Shown: positions 8,639 through 20,048, numbered from the stretch's first letter. The stretch is DNA of 64,000 bases from an uncultured Gemmatimonadales bacterium (GCA_963798085.1 CAWCRS010000007.1:1792001-1856000); one strand, 5' to 3'. Notes: generated from the letters alone by a model not told the origin. Translations and numbers: made by a program.

Positions 8639-10303
8639 ATGAGCGCGAAATCCACGTTGATACCAGCGCGTTATCAGCCGGAGCTGCCACTGGCGCAGCT
8701 CATCCTCCAGGAGAAGCCGGATGCCGAGAGCCTGGAGATGGATGTCGTGTTCGTGGGCGCGGGACCTGCGGGCCTGGCGGGCGCCATCGCGCTGGCCCGG
8801 CTGGTGCGCAGCGACAACGAGGCGGGTGGCGGTCTGGGCGAGATCCAGATCGGCGTGCTGGAGAAGGCGGCCGGGCTGGGCGAGCACACGCTCTCGGGTG
8901 CGGTCGTGAATCCGGCACCGTTCCGCGAGCTGTTTCCCGATGTGCCCGAGGCCGAGCTGCCCTTCCGCGGCATGGTGACGAAGGAGCGCGTCTACGTGCT
9001 GACGGAGACCTCGGCACTGCGCATTCCCACGCCGCCGCCCATGCGCAATCATGGCAATCGCCTTGCATCGATCTGCGAGATCGTGCGCTGGATGGGCGGG
9101 AAGGCGGAGGCGCTGGGTGTGAATCTGTTCACCGGCTTTCCCGCCGCGGCCCTGCTGGCCGATAACAATCGTGTTATCGGGGTACGCACCACGCCGTCGG
9201 GGCTGGACCGCGAGGGCCGGCCGGGCCCGGGCGCCATGCCGGCAACCGACATCACGGCGCGCGTGACCGCGCTGGCCGAGGGAACGCGCGGCGCGCTGGC
9301 GCAGGCGTACACACGCTGGCAGAGCATCGCATCGCCCAATCCGCAGATCTTCGCGCTGGGCGTCAAGGAACTGTGGGAAACGAAGAGGCCGCTCGACGCC
9401 GTGGTGCACACCATGGGCTGGCCGCTGCCGCGTGATGCCTTCGGTGGCAGCTTCTTCTATCCACTGGAGCCGAATCTCGTGGCGCTCGGGCTGGTGGTGG
9501 GCCTGGACTATCACGATGCCCGGCTGGATGTGCACGAACTCGTGCAGCGCATGAAGCTGCACCCCTTGTTCCGACGCTATCTCGAGGGCGGCGAGCTGGT
9601 CGAGTGGGGCGCGAAGACGATTCCGGAAGGCGGCTTCCATTCCCTGCCCGAGCGGCGCAGCGGCGATGGCCTGCTGATTCTGGGCGACGACGCCGGGTTC
9701 GTGGACGTGCCGTCGCTCAAGGGCATTCACTACGCCGTGCAGTCGGGAATCTTCGCGGCACGCACCATCTTCGATGCCTTGAAGCGCGGGGACACGTCCG
9801 CGTCCGCGCTGCGGGCCTATGACCGGCTCGTCGACGGCAGCTACATCCATGCCGATCTGCGCCGCCGCCGCAACATGCGTCTGGCGTTCAAGAGTGGATT
9901 CTACGCGGGCGGCTTCAGGGCCGGGCTGATGACGGTCACCGGGGGCGCCTTCCCGGGCGGCCGCATTGCGGTGGAGGCGGATGCCGATACGCCGCGCTCA
10001 TTCGCCGAGGCGCAGGCGCTGGTTCCGGACAATACGCTGACGTTCCGCAAGCTGGACGCGGTCTTCAAGTCCGGCAATGCGACGCGCGACGACATTCCAT
10101 CGCATCTGCTGGTGGGCAAGGACATTCCTTCCGAGGTGGCGGATTTCTACGCGCACATGTGTCCCGCCGGCGTTTACGAGCGCGAGGGTGACACGCTCGC
10201 GGTGAACCCGCCGAACTGCGTGGACTGCAAGGCGACCGACGTGCTGGGCCCGCGCTGGACGCCGCGCGAAGGCGGCAGTGGTCCCAGCTATCGCCGCATG
10301 TAG
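8639..10303 (+). CDS. Electron transfer flavoprotein-ubiquinone oxidoreductase
   Basis: GAGPAGLA FAD motif, HTLSGA, GAKTIPEGG, KGIHYA, C-terminal CPAGVYE/NCVDCK Fe-S region, PREGGSGP. Confidence 0.93.
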   Translation: MSAKSTLIPARYQPELPLAQLILQEKPDAESLEMDVVFVGAGPAGLAGAIALARLVRSDNEAGGGLGEIQIGVLEKAAGLGEHTLSGAVVNPAPFRELFPDVPEAELPFRGMVTKERVYVLTETSALRIPTPPPMRNHGNRLASICEIVRWMGGKAEALGVNLFTGFPAAALLADNNRVIGVRTTPSGLDREGRPGPGAMPATDITARVTALAEGTRGALAQAYTRWQSIASPNPQIFALGVKELWETKRPLDAVVHTMGWPLPRDAFGGSFFYPLEPNLVALGLVVGLDYHDARLDVHELVQRMKLHPLFRRYLEGGELVEWGAKTIPEGGFHSLPERRSGDGLLILGDDAGFVDVPSLKGIHYAVQSGIFAARTIFDALKRGDTSASALRAYDRLVDGSYIHADLRRRRNMRLAFKSGFYAGGFRAGLMTVTGGAFPGGRIAVEADADTPRSFAEAQALVPDNTLTFRKLDAVFKSGNATRDDIPSHLLVGKDIPSEVADFYAHMCPAGVYEREGDTLAVNPPNCVDCKATDVLGPRWTPREGGSGPSYRRM

Positions 10304-10321
10304 TCCGGCCCGGCCGAGCCA

Positions 10322-11545
10322 ATGCGCGCGCAGCAGGCAGGGTATGACGCCGCGCTAACGCTGCGTTTCAGCGAGCGCTTCGGCTCCGCCCCGTCGTTCT
10401 TCGTGCGCGCGCCCGGCCGCGTCAATCTCATGGGCGACCACATCGACTACAATCTGCTTTCCGTGCTGCCCATGGCCCTGCCGCAGTCGCTGTGCATGGC
10501 GGTGCGACCGCGCAGTGACGCGCGCATCCGCCTGCAGTCGATGGACGGTCCGTTCGCGGCACGTGAGTTCGAGGCTGCCCCGCAGGTCACGCCGTTTCCG
10601 TCCGGCGACTGGGGCAACTATGCCGGGGCCGCCGTGCAGGAACTGGCTGCCGGCCGCGGCGGCGCTGGCCTGCGCGGTTTCGACGCACTGATCGACTCGG
10701 ACATTCCGCGGGCGGCCGGACTCAGTTCGTCCAGCGCGCTGGTCGTGGCGACAGGACTGGCTTTCCTGACAGCGAATCAGCAGTCGTACACCGTGCTGGA
10801 TCTGGCCGAGCGCATGGCGCGGGCCGAACGCTACGTGGGCACGCGCGGCGGCGGCATGGACCAGGCCATCATCCTGGGCGCGCAGGCGGGCGCGGCGGCG
10901 CGCATTGACTTCGCTCCGCTGCGCATCACACAGCACGCGGTGCCGCAGGACTGGCGCTTCGTCGTCGCGTATTCCGGTGCTACGGCGGAGAAGAGCGGCG
11001 CCGCGCGCGAGGCGTACAACGAGCGTGCCGGCGCGTGTGCGCAAGCCTTGCGGTTCGCTGCCGATGTGATGGGCGCGGCGCAACCCACGTACGCAATGCT
11101 GCTGGCCCGGCATGGCGCGCAACCACTGCTCGCGAGGGTTCAGGCGACGATGCCGCCGCGGCTCTTCCGCCGCTTTCGCCACGTGGTAACGGAGGCGGAG
11201 CGAGTGGGCCGGGCCGAGGCAGCACTGCGCGCGGCAGATGGCGCAACGTTCGGTCGCTTGATGCTCGAGTCGCACGCCAGCCTGCGCAATGACTACGAAG
11301 TCAGCACGGCCGCGCTGGACGGGCTGGTGGAGGCCAGCGTTGCGGCGGGTGCAATGGGTGCCCGTCTCACCGGCGCAGGCTTCGGCGGCTGCATGGTTGC
11401 CCTCACCGATGCGCGGCAGGCGCCCGCGCTGGTGGAGGCGCTGCTGGAACATGCGTCTGCTTCCGGTGGCACGCGTGCACTGGGGTCTGACACCGTGTTC
11501 ATGGGATTGCCGGGCGACGGTGCACGTGTGACGCGAATCGACTGA
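10322..11545 (+). CDS. galK: Galactokinase family GHMP kinase (GALK2/GalNAc kinase-like)
   Basis: APGRVNLMGDHIDY, GLSSSSA, GGGMDQ, ARLTGAGFGG. Confidence 0.88.
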   Translation: MRAQQAGYDAALTLRFSERFGSAPSFFVRAPGRVNLMGDHIDYNLLSVLPMALPQSLCMAVRPRSDARIRLQSMDGPFAAREFEAAPQVTPFPSGDWGNYAGAAVQELAAGRGGAGLRGFDALIDSDIPRAAGLSSSSALVVATGLAFLTANQQSYTVLDLAERMARAERYVGTRGGGMDQAIILGAQAGAAARIDFAPLRITQHAVPQDWRFVVAYSGATAEKSGAAREAYNERAGACAQALRFAADVMGAAQPTYAMLLARHGAQPLLARVQATMPPRLFRRFRHVVTEAERVGRAEAALRAADGATFGRLMLESHASLRNDYEVSTAALDGLVEASVAAGAMGARLTGAGFGGCMVALTDARQAPALVEALLEHASASGGTRALGSDTVFMGLPGDGARVTRID

Positions 11546-11565
11546 GCGTCGTCGCCTGACGTCTT

Positions 11566-12480
11566 TCAGAGTCCGAGCGGGGACGGGTAGTCTCCAGCGG
11601 CCACGCGCGCGCGCAGCTGCTCGATTACAGCGGTGCGGTCTTCCGCGAACGTCAAGCCCATCCACCGTTGCTCGCCCGGCAGCACGCGCACGCGCAGGCG
11701 ACCCTGCGCGATTTCCGCGGCAACCGCCTGCGGCAGCAGGAACTCCGCGCTGTCATCCCTGCCGAAGCGTTCGACAAACGTGCGCAGGCCGTCCTCGAGC
11801 AATGCAAAGATGTTCTGATCGAAGCCCCAGAGGTTGAGCGACACGCGCGCGGCCGGGTCGAGCATGACCATGCGTTCGGCGCCGGCGCCCGTTGCATCCG
11901 CTGCCCTGCCCTGCAAGCGGTCGTGCTCGCGATAGATGTCGTGAAACTCCACGATGCCCGTGAGCCAGCCCGCGTCATCCGTCCGGCAGAGTGCGCGAGA
12001 CACGCCGCCGTGCGCCGAGAGGGTGCTGTCGAGCCGGAAGCCGACGAGTGCGGCGTCGCCTGCCGTCATGTGCTGCAGTTCCCGCGCAACCTGCCCGATG
12101 GACGCGGTGCCGTAGAAGTCGTCTGCGTTGAGCACGGCGAAGCGGCTGTCCACGTGCGGCATTGCGGCCAGCACGGCGTGGCCGGTGCCCCACGGCTTCG
12201 AGCGCGTTCGTGATGCCTGCGAGCCGGCCGGCAGTGGTGCGTGGTCCTGCAGTGCGAAGCGAACGTCCAGCCGTGACCAGCGCGCAGCCATGCGCGTGCG
12301 GAATTCCGGCTCGGTCTGCGAACGGATCACGAGGATGATGCGGTCGAAGCCGCTGCGAACGGCATCGTGCACGGCGAATTCGAAGAGGGCTTCACCGGCG
12401 GGGCCGACGGGTTCGAGCTGCTTGAGCGTTCCATAACGGCGTGCCAGGCCCGCCGCGAGGATGACGAGGGAGAGGCTCAC
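11566..12480 (-). CDS. Sugar-phosphate nucleotidyltransferase family protein
   Basis: LVILAAGLARRYGTLKQ, KPWGTGHAV, NADDFYG, VSRALC. Confidence 0.88.
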   Translation of the reverse strand: MSLSLVILAAGLARRYGTLKQLEPVGPAGEALFEFAVHDAVRSGFDRIILVIRSQTEPEFRTRMAARWSRLDVRFALQDHAPLPAGSQASRTRSKPWGTGHAVLAAMPHVDSRFAVLNADDFYGTASIGQVARELQHMTAGDAALVGFRLDSTLSAHGGVSRALCRTDDAGWLTGIVEFHDIYREHDRLQGRAADATGAGAERMVMLDPAARVSLNLWGFDQNIFALLEDGLRTFVERFGRDDSAEFLLPQAVAAEIAQGRLRVRVLPGEQRWMGLTFAEDRTAVIEQLRARVAAGDYPSPLGL

Positions 12481-12489
12481 ATGCGCGGC

Positions 12490-13012
12490 TCAGCCGGCAA
12501 TGGCGGCGACCAGCTCGCGGCAGAAGTCGGGAATGTCGTCGACGACGCGGCCCCAGACGATATTGCCATCGCGGAACGCAGGCTCATCGACCCAGGTCGC
12601 GCCGGCGTTCACGAGGTCATCGCGAATGGCGCTGGAGCCGGTGGCGCGATGGCCTCGCACGATGCCGGCGCTGATGGGCACCCAACCCGCGTGGCAGATA
12701 ATGCCGAGTATGCGACCCAGGCGGTGGGCATCGCGCACGATGGTCCTGACGCTGTCATAGCGGCGCAGCTTGTCCGGCGCCCAGCCGCCGGGCACAACGA
12801 CCGCGTCGAAGTCTGCAGCGCTGACCTTGTCGGCCGTCGTGTCCGGCTTCGCCTTGAGTCCCTGCTTGCCGGTGTACTCGGGCCTGGAGCCGGTCCCGAC
12901 GACGAGCACGTGCGCGCCTTCTTCGCGCAGCCGCATGACCGGCACCCAGAACTCGAGGTCCTCGAAGCCTTCTTCGACGAAATAACGAGATGTGTTTGCC
13001 GCTGAGCCGCAT
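12490..13012 (-). CDS. PfpI/DJ-1 family protein, frameshifted near 12980
   Basis: MRLSGKHISLF joins VEEGFEDLEF after removing one base; VVPGGWAPDKLR and ICHAGW. Confidence 0.88.
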
Positions 13013-13020
13013 GGACTGCC

Positions 13021-14007
13021 TCAACCGCCGTGCAGCTTGCGGATGGACTCGGAAAGCCGGGGCAGCACCTCGTGCGCGTCCCCCACGAGGCCGTAGTCCG
13101 CGACCTTGAAGATGGGCGCGTCCGGATCCTTGTTGATGGCGACAATCGTGCTGGCGCTGCGCATGCCGGCGAGGTGCTGCATGGCACCGCTGATGGCAAC
13201 GGCGAAATAGAGGCTGGGTGACACGGTCTTGCCGGTCTGTCCCACCTGTTCCGCGTGCGGGCGCCAGCCGGCGTCCACGACGGCGCGCGACGCGCCGAGT
13301 GCAGCCTGCGGGCCGATCGCGTCGCGGAGTGATTCCAGCAGGTGCCAGTGCTCGGGACCCTTCATGCCGCGGCCGCCGCTCACGATGATGGACGCCTCCG
13401 CGACATCGAGGTTGCCCGCGGGCGCAGTGCTGACATCCGTGACGGTGACCTTCCAGTCGGCGGGTGATCCCGCAACGGACAGACTCACGACGTTCGCGGT
13501 GGCGGGCCGCTCCTGAGCGCGAAACACGCTGGGCCGCAGCGAGACCAGCCGTGTGGCGGTGTCCAGCGAGAGCCGCGCGAAAGCGCGCCCCGCCAGGATG
13601 GGCCGGGTAATCACCAACTCATTGTTATCGAGCGACAGCGCTGTCGCTTCCGTGGCGAGCGGCAGGTCCAGACGCGCGGCCACGCGCGGCGCCAGGTCCT
13701 TGCCCAGCGCGGAGGCGGGAAAGAACACGGCCCAGTAGTTCCCGCCCCGGATGAGATCGGCGAGGGAAGCGGCGAAGCCGTCCGGTGAGTACTGTGCGAA
13801 CGCCTCGTGCGCGCAGAGGTGTACGGTCGTCGCACCGAAGCGGCCCAGCCCGCGGGCGGCTTCATCCATTCCGGGCGGTGCGCAAAGCGCTGCGTGCACT
13901 TCCGCGCCCAGCGCCCCGGCAATGGTCCTCGCCGCTGTGATGACTTCGCCCGAAACGGAGCGCAGCGTAGCCGCGCGCTGTTCCGCTACTGCGAGAATTT
14001 TCGCCAT
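13021..14007 (-). CDS. etfA: Electron transfer flavoprotein alpha subunit
   Basis: SGGRGM, GASRAVVDAGW, QVGQTGKTV, AISGAMQHLAGM, AINKDPDAPIF. Confidence 0.96.
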   Translation of the reverse strand: MAKILAVAEQRAATLRSVSGEVITAARTIAGALGAEVHAALCAPPGMDEAARGLGRFGATTVHLCAHEAFAQYSPDGFAASLADLIRGGNYWAVFFPASALGKDLAPRVAARLDLPLATEATALSLDNNELVITRPILAGRAFARLSLDTATRLVSLRPSVFRAQERPATANVVSLSVAGSPADWKVTVTDVSTAPAGNLDVAEASIIVSGGRGMKGPEHWHLLESLRDAIGPQAALGASRAVVDAGWRPHAEQVGQTGKTVSPSLYFAVAISGAMQHLAGMRSASTIVAINKDPDAPIFKVADYGLVGDAHEVLPRLSESIRKLHGG

Positions 14008-14015
14008 GCGTTCTC

Positions 14016-14765
14016 CTACAGCACTCTGGCTTCTTCGTGCAGCACGCGGACGAGTTCGGGAACGGCTTCGGTGCCCGTGCCAATGATGCGACCGGGCGGA
14101 CGCTCCGGCGGATAGGCGAGTCCGAGCAGGCGGACGCGACCGGCTGGCAGCTGGGCATCCTTCTCTTCCAGCGGCTTCTTCCTGGCGGCCATGATGCCCT
14201 TGAGCGAAGCGAGCCGCGGTTCGAAGTCCGCCTTGGCGAGTGTCACCACCGCCGGCAGGGGTGCGCTGATGTGTTCGACGCCGCCCTCGATCTCGCGATG
14301 CGCGCTCAACCGGTTGTCTGCCACTTCGAGCTGTGTCGCCACGGTAATGCAGGGCAGTCCTAACAGCTCGGCAAGCATGGGTCCGACCTGCTGCTGATCG
14401 TCATCGGACGCTTTCATTCCGGCCATCACGAGATCTGCACCCAGGCCACGCACCTCGGCGGCCAGTGCGTGTGCCGTGGCGAGACCGTCCATCGTGGGAG
14501 CGCCACGCAGCAGAATGGCGCGGTCCGCACCCATGGCCAGGCCCGCGCGCAGCTGCTCGCCGCTGGCGCCGTCCCCGAGCGTGATCAGTACAATCTCGCC
14601 CTGGCCCTGCGCTTCCTTCAGACGCAGTGCAGTTTCCAGCGCATACTCGTCGTACGGGCCCATCACGAACTTGATACCGGTGGGCTCAATGGCGGCGCCG
14701 CCATCCGCAATGCGGATGCGCGATTCCGTGTCTGGCACACGTTTGATGCAGACGACGAATCTCAT
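14016..14765 (-). CDS. etfB: Electron transfer flavoprotein beta subunit
   Basis: VCIKRVPD, YDEYALETAL, LAMGADRA, PRLASLKGIMAA. Confidence 0.95.
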   Translation of the reverse strand: MRFVVCIKRVPDTESRIRIADGGAAIEPTGIKFVMGPYDEYALETALRLKEAQGQGEIVLITLGDGASGEQLRAGLAMGADRAILLRGAPTMDGLATAHALAAEVRGLGADLVMAGMKASDDDQQQVGPMLAELLGLPCITVATQLEVADNRLSAHREIEGGVEHISAPLPAVVTLAKADFEPRLASLKGIMAARKKPLEEKDAQLPAGRVRLLGLAYPPERPPGRIIGTGTEAVPELVRVLHEEARVL

Positions 14766-14873
14766 GATCGCCTGTTGCACTCCACTGTGTGGTTCTCAGC
14801 GCACGTGCCGGGCGGAAAATACGGCCCGGGCCGGGCCGGTGTCCAGCGCACGAGGCGCAGCGCCGCTGTGACA

Positions 14874-16011
14874 TCAGAAGCGGAATTGCGTGCGCCAGAT
14901 CACAGCATGGCCGAAATCGGAAAGGAAAAGCAGGCCGAGTTCCGAGGTGGCCAGCCCTGACGGCGTGCGAATCGATGTGTCGCCGGCGGCGCGGCCGTTG
15001 CCGTTGAACGCGCTGTTGCCGTTTCCCGCAAAGGTGTGAATCGTGCCGCTCGCGAGGTCGATGGCGCGCACGCGGTCGTTGCCCGAATCCGCGATGAACA
15101 GCGTGCGGCCGTCGGCGGAGACGGCGAGCGCATCGGGACGGTCGAAGCGCGCGTCGAGCGCGGGTCCATCATCGCCGGCGAAAGCGGCAACACCACCCTG
15201 CCCGGCGATGGTCGTCATGATGCCGCTGCTCAGATCCACGCTGCGCACGCGATTGTTATCGCGGTCGGCAATCCAGAGTTGGCCCTGCAGGATGGCGAGC
15301 CCGGCCGGATCGCGGAGGCTTGCCCGCGTCGCGGGCCCGCCATCGCCGGCGAAACCTGCCGTTCCGGTACCCGCGAGCGTGCCCAGTCTGCCATCGGCTT
15401 CAATGAAGCGCACGCGCTGCCCCAGCTGCTCGGCAAAGACGAGCCGGCCATCCGTCATGAACGCGAGTCCTGCCGGGGCGTGTACCCTCGCCTGCACCGC
15501 GGGTGTGCCATCCGCCGCATCGCCTGCCGTGCCATCACCGGCGATCACAATGGGCAGCGTCTGGCCGCGGGGCAGCCGGAAGATGCGCTGGCCGACGATG
15601 TCGCTGAATACGAGCGCGCCATCCGGCGCGACTGCCATCGAATGGACGGCTTCCGGGCAGGCGCTGGTGCCGCAGGCGGCTGTGCTGAGCAGCAGCGTGA
15701 GGCGGCCGGTGGATTGCACCGTGAAAATGCGGGCGACATGACGCGTGAGCCCGTTCTGCTGCACGCTGGCCGCGCGGTCCGCGAAGTAGAGTACGCCATC
15801 GCTTTCCGCGAAGGCCACGGCGGTGGGATCGGTCAGACGCGTGCGCAGCGCCAGTGAGTCGAATGCGTGTGCCGGTGGAGTCGCCAATGCCGGCCACAAT
15901 GCGCATGCGCTCGGGCGCATCACCCAGCACGATCAGCGGGTCGCCGCACGCGGCCGCGACGAGGCTGCCCAGGGCAACGGCCAGGCTCAGTGCGCGAGCG
16001 GCGCGGTCCAT
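14874..16011 (-). CDS. NHL-repeat beta-propeller lipoprotein, frameshifted near 15862
   Basis: Lipobox VAAAC in ORF 15535..16011, joining repeated AGxGxAGFAGDGGPA and IADxxNxRVR units in 14874..15923. Confidence 0.82.
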
Positions 16012-17129
16012 ACGTCGTAGCTGTCGGGCGGACTGCTGCGCATGAAGGCCAGTCGGTTGCCATCGGGTGCAATGGCCGGCCAGCGACCGAACTGCGTGCC
16101 CGGAACCTCTGCCGCGGCGCCGCCGGCGGCGGCAACGCGGAAGATGCGATCGCCGCGCTGGAAATAGAGGTTCTGCGAATCCCCCGACCAGGCGGGATCG
16201 GCGCCTTCCCCCAGCTCGTGGGCGCCACTGCCGTCCGGATGCATCACTAACAGCGTGTGATGCGGCTCGCTGTATCCGACGCGGATCTCGGAGCGGGCGA
16301 CGCCATCGCGGGTGATGGCGCAGGTCGCGCTCGCGGAATCACCGCGCTCCAGACGCGCGAAGGCCAGCCATTGTCCATCCGGACTCCATGCCGGGCTCAC
16401 GCCATCCGCACTGCCGGGAATGACGGTGGGCGCTCCCCCGCCTGGTGTCCAGAGCCGCACCTGCAGCCCGTCGCTGAAGACGAGCCGGGCGTTGTCGGGA
16501 GCCCATGCCGGGCGTGCCAGCAGCACGCCATCGGTGCGGAAAACACGCTGATAGGGAAAGGCGTGCTGTGTGTAGGTCGCATTGATGCCGGCCTTTTCGC
16601 GCGGATCGCGACCACTGAAGACGATCGACGCTGCGGGATCCTCCAGCACGGAGCCGGTCGCGCCCATGGTGCGCACGCGCAGCACGGCCGAATCGAGCAG
16701 CGGTTCCGCGTACGGGCAGGGCCCGGCCACGACAGCGGGAGTAATCACGCTTGCCATCTCAATGTACGCGACGCGCCTGCCATCGGGCGACACGGCGGGT
16801 GCAGCGAGCCAGCGCGGCCCGGGCGCGTTCGCTGACTGCAGCTCGGGAAACACCAGGCGTGCGGATCCACCGGAGCGAGCAAGCGCCAGCAGCAGCCCGC
16901 GGCCCGGTGGCAGCCCGGGTGCGCTTTCCGCCGTGTACAGGATGACGTCGCCAGCCGGCGCCCACGCCGGATATTCGTCCTGGCCCGTGCTGTACGTGAG
17001 TCGGAGCACGCCGGTCGTGTCGGCGGACGAGAGTGCCGGCGTCCACGGCGAGAGCGCATCCCGGCAGCCGGCGCTGGCGCACAGCGCGAGCAGCGGCGCG
17101 AACCCGGCGCAGCATCGTCGCCTGCTCAT
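15987..17129 (-). CDS. TolB-like PD40-repeat lipoprotein
   Basis: Lipobox SAGC; repeated PAWSPDG, PAVSPDG and PAIAPDG motifs. Confidence 0.82.
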   Translation of the reverse strand: MSRRRCCAGFAPLLALCASAGCRDALSPWTPALSSADTTGVLRLTYSTGQDEYPAWAPAGDVILYTAESAPGLPPGRGLLLALARSGGSARLVFPELQSANAPGPRWLAAPAVSPDGRRVAYIEMASVITPAVVAGPCPYAEPLLDSAVLRVRTMGATGSVLEDPAASIVFSGRDPREKAGINATYTQHAFPYQRVFRTDGVLLARPAWAPDNARLVFSDGLQVRLWTPGGGAPTVIPGSADGVSPAWSPDGQWLAFARLERGDSASATCAITRDGVARSEIRVGYSEPHHTLLVMHPDGSGAHELGEGADPAWSGDSQNLYFQRGDRIFRVAAAGGAAAEVPGTQFGRWPAIAPDGNRLAFMRSSPPDSYDVWTAPLAH

Positions 17130-19998
17130 GGGAAACTGATCTCGATGCCCAGGCGCAAAGCCCGCGGCTCGCCGAAGTAGAGCGATGGATCGAAGCGGTC
17201 GAGTACGGCGGCCAGGCGGGCGGTGTCGAATTCCTGCGGTGTGACCTGGCCATCGCCATTCAGGTCAATGGCGCGTGCGTAGAGTGGCGACTCCGCGGGG
17301 ATCGGTGCGGCGGGTCGAGCTACGCTGCCGGCCAGCTGCGTGATGGTGGCGAGCGAGGGCGCCAGACGGCCGCTATCGCGGCGCAGCGCCAACACGTTAT
17401 TACGGCCGAGCAGATTGCGGCCATCGGCCACGATCCGCCACGCACACTGCGCGCAGCCCGGTGCGTGGCCGAGGTCCAGACTCAGGCGCAGGTCAGTGCT
17501 CGAATGTCCACGGCAGGTACGCCCCCTTGCCCGGGACGACGGTGTCGCCGGCGGCGGCCAGGCGGTCGAGCGGATAGCCGCTTTGCGTGGTGGATGTCAA
17601 TGCTGCGGACCAGCGGCTGCGCGCGTGGCCCGCGGCCTGACCCAGCAGGATCGCCACATCAATGGCGTGCCGCTGGTCGAACGCGAGTGGCAGCTCGACG
17701 ACACTGCGCTGTCCGCTGATCAGCGTGTCGCTATCAATGCCGGAGGCTACGCCCGTCGCTTTCTGCAGTGACCAGCCCGCACGCGCGGACACCAGCGTCC
17801 ACTGCGCGCGCACGGACAGCTCCAGGCCTTTCACCGTACCGAAGTCATTCGTGCTGTACTGCGGATTGCCGCTGGAGCCCAGCTGCAGGCCACCGCTCGC
17901 CAGGTCGCGCAGTTCCTTGCGGAACGCGGTGAGCGAAGCGCCCACGTGCTCACCGAGCAGCTGACTGACGCCCACTTCGTACGAGCGTCCCCGCTCGAAG
18001 GATAACTCGGGATTACCCTGACGCTGGATGGCGGTGCGCAGTGAGTCGCCGATCGTGGTGTCGAGGAAGTAGCGGAAATCCGGCGGCTGCGCCACCCAGC
18101 CGTAGTTGAAGCGCAGTGCGCTGCGACCCTGCGTTCCGGGCAGTGGCAGCGCCACGCCAATGCGCGGCATGGCCGCCACCTGCCAGCCCGCTTCCAGCGC
18201 GGGCGCCAGGAAGTCGTTGCGGTCCCGCCGGAACTGCACGCCTGAGCGGAACGCTTCGACGCGCACGCCCGCGGTGAGGTTCAGCTCGTCATCGCCGGCC
18301 AGTCGCGCATCGACGAAACCGGCCAGCGTCGCCGGATAGAAGCGTGCATAGGATGGCGAGGAGCCGGCGAGCCAGGCCTGGGTACGCTCGTAGGTCTCGA
18401 TACTGTACAGGCGGAAACTGGCGCCCGTGCGCAGCATGCCGCCGCGCGCGGAGATCAGCTCGGCCGTCAGGTCGCCGGACAGGGCATCGGAATGCGTCCA
18501 GTTGGCAACGTCCGGCGTGCCGTTCGAGAAGAAGAGACCCTCGCCTGCGGCGCCAAAGGGCGACGTCGTGCCGCCGGGCGAAGCATAGCCGGGCACGGCG
18601 CTGCCGCTCGCCAGCTGATCCTCGATGGGGCTGCGCACGAACGATTCGCCGAGGAAGCGGAAATTGCTGGCGCCGAAGCCAGCGATCGTGCTGCGCTGTT
18701 CGCTGGAGGCATCGAGCGCGCCCAGGTAGCGGTCCAGACGCATGAGCGCGAGCTTCGCCGACAGGTGACGGGCGCGGCCCTCCGTGTTGTGCACGACATC
18801 GAGGCCGGCACTGAGCAGCGTGCCCGTCGAGCGCTGGCCCAGCTGCGAGCCGTTGCTGTAGCGGAACTCCGGCGTGTAAAGCTCGCGTTGCTGCCGGTTG
18901 TGCAGAGCGGAGAACGTGAAGTTGCCGCCCAGCAGCGGCGCATCGAAGCGGGCAAACCCGATCAACTTGTCGCCCTGCTGGTGCGGCAGCGTGTTGCCGG
19001 ACCAGGGACAGTGCAGTGACGGCGCATCGCGGATGATGCGCTGGATCAGCGCGCCCACGGCGCTGTCTGCATCCTGCGGCTCGAGGCAGGTCAGACCACG
19101 TGCGCGCGGATCGGCGTCGCCCATGCCCTGCGCCAGTGCGTTCAGGTACAACGTGGCGGGACCGAGGAAGCGGAGCGGGCCGCCGCCGCTGAGCGAGAGT
19201 CCCGTGAAGCCGCGAAACACGTTGTCAGGCGCCCACTGGTCGGTCAGCAGCGACGCCCGCCCGTCCCAGCGCTCGCTGCTGCCCCGTCGCGTGACGTACG
19301 AAACCACGCCGGAGAGCGCCGAACCATAGCTGGCGGACATGCCGCCGGTGATGACCTCGACTTCTTCGAGCGCGTCCGGAGGAGGCTCGAGGCCGAGTCC
19401 GTGCGCCGAGGCTTCCAGCTGGTTCTTCACCTCCAGTCCGTCGACGACGTAGACTTCCTGTCCGACCCTGCCGCCGCGAAAATGCCCGCCCGACACGCCC
19501 GGTGTCAGCTCCACGACCTGGTCGAATGCGATCCACAGGCAGTGCGCGGACTTCACGTCCCACCACGATCTCGCGCGTGACGCTGACATCCTTCTCGATC
19601 AGCCGCACGCGGTCCGCCTCGACCGTCACGCCACCGACTTCGACCGGCTGTGGCTCCAGCTCGATGCGGACGGACGTACTGCGCGCGAGTGACACAACGA
19701 CGTTCTCGACGACCACCGGCCGGAACCCCAGCTGCTCCACGCGCAGCGCGCGCTCGCCGGGTGGCACGTTGGCCAGCACGAAGCGTCCCGAGGTATCCGT
19801 CACCGCAGTGAGCGACAGGCCCACGAGGGTGACCGTCGCGCCCACGACCGGCGTGCCCTCCCTGGCCACGACCACGCGGCCAAGCACACTGCCCGCCGTC
19901 TGCGCCGCCGTGCTTCGAGGCAGCGCCAGCAGGAGCAGCAGCAGGCAGCAGCGAATGAAGGACGGCAGAGGACCCGGCAGCGGCGTCGCCTCGAACAT
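17126..19998 (-). CDS. TonB-dependent receptor with carboxypeptidase-regulatory-like N-domain; frameshifts near 19525 and 17503
   Basis: Signal peptide, GSVLGRV..GATVTL..TDTSGRF, plug HFRGGR..YVVDG and GGMSASYGSALSGVV, barrel GNPELSFERGRSYEVG, end PRALRLGIEISF. Confidence 0.88.
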
Positions 19999-20048
19999 GC
20001 TGTTAGTCGGTGCCGGGGAGCGGTGCCGGCGGCGGGCGCGCATGGCGG

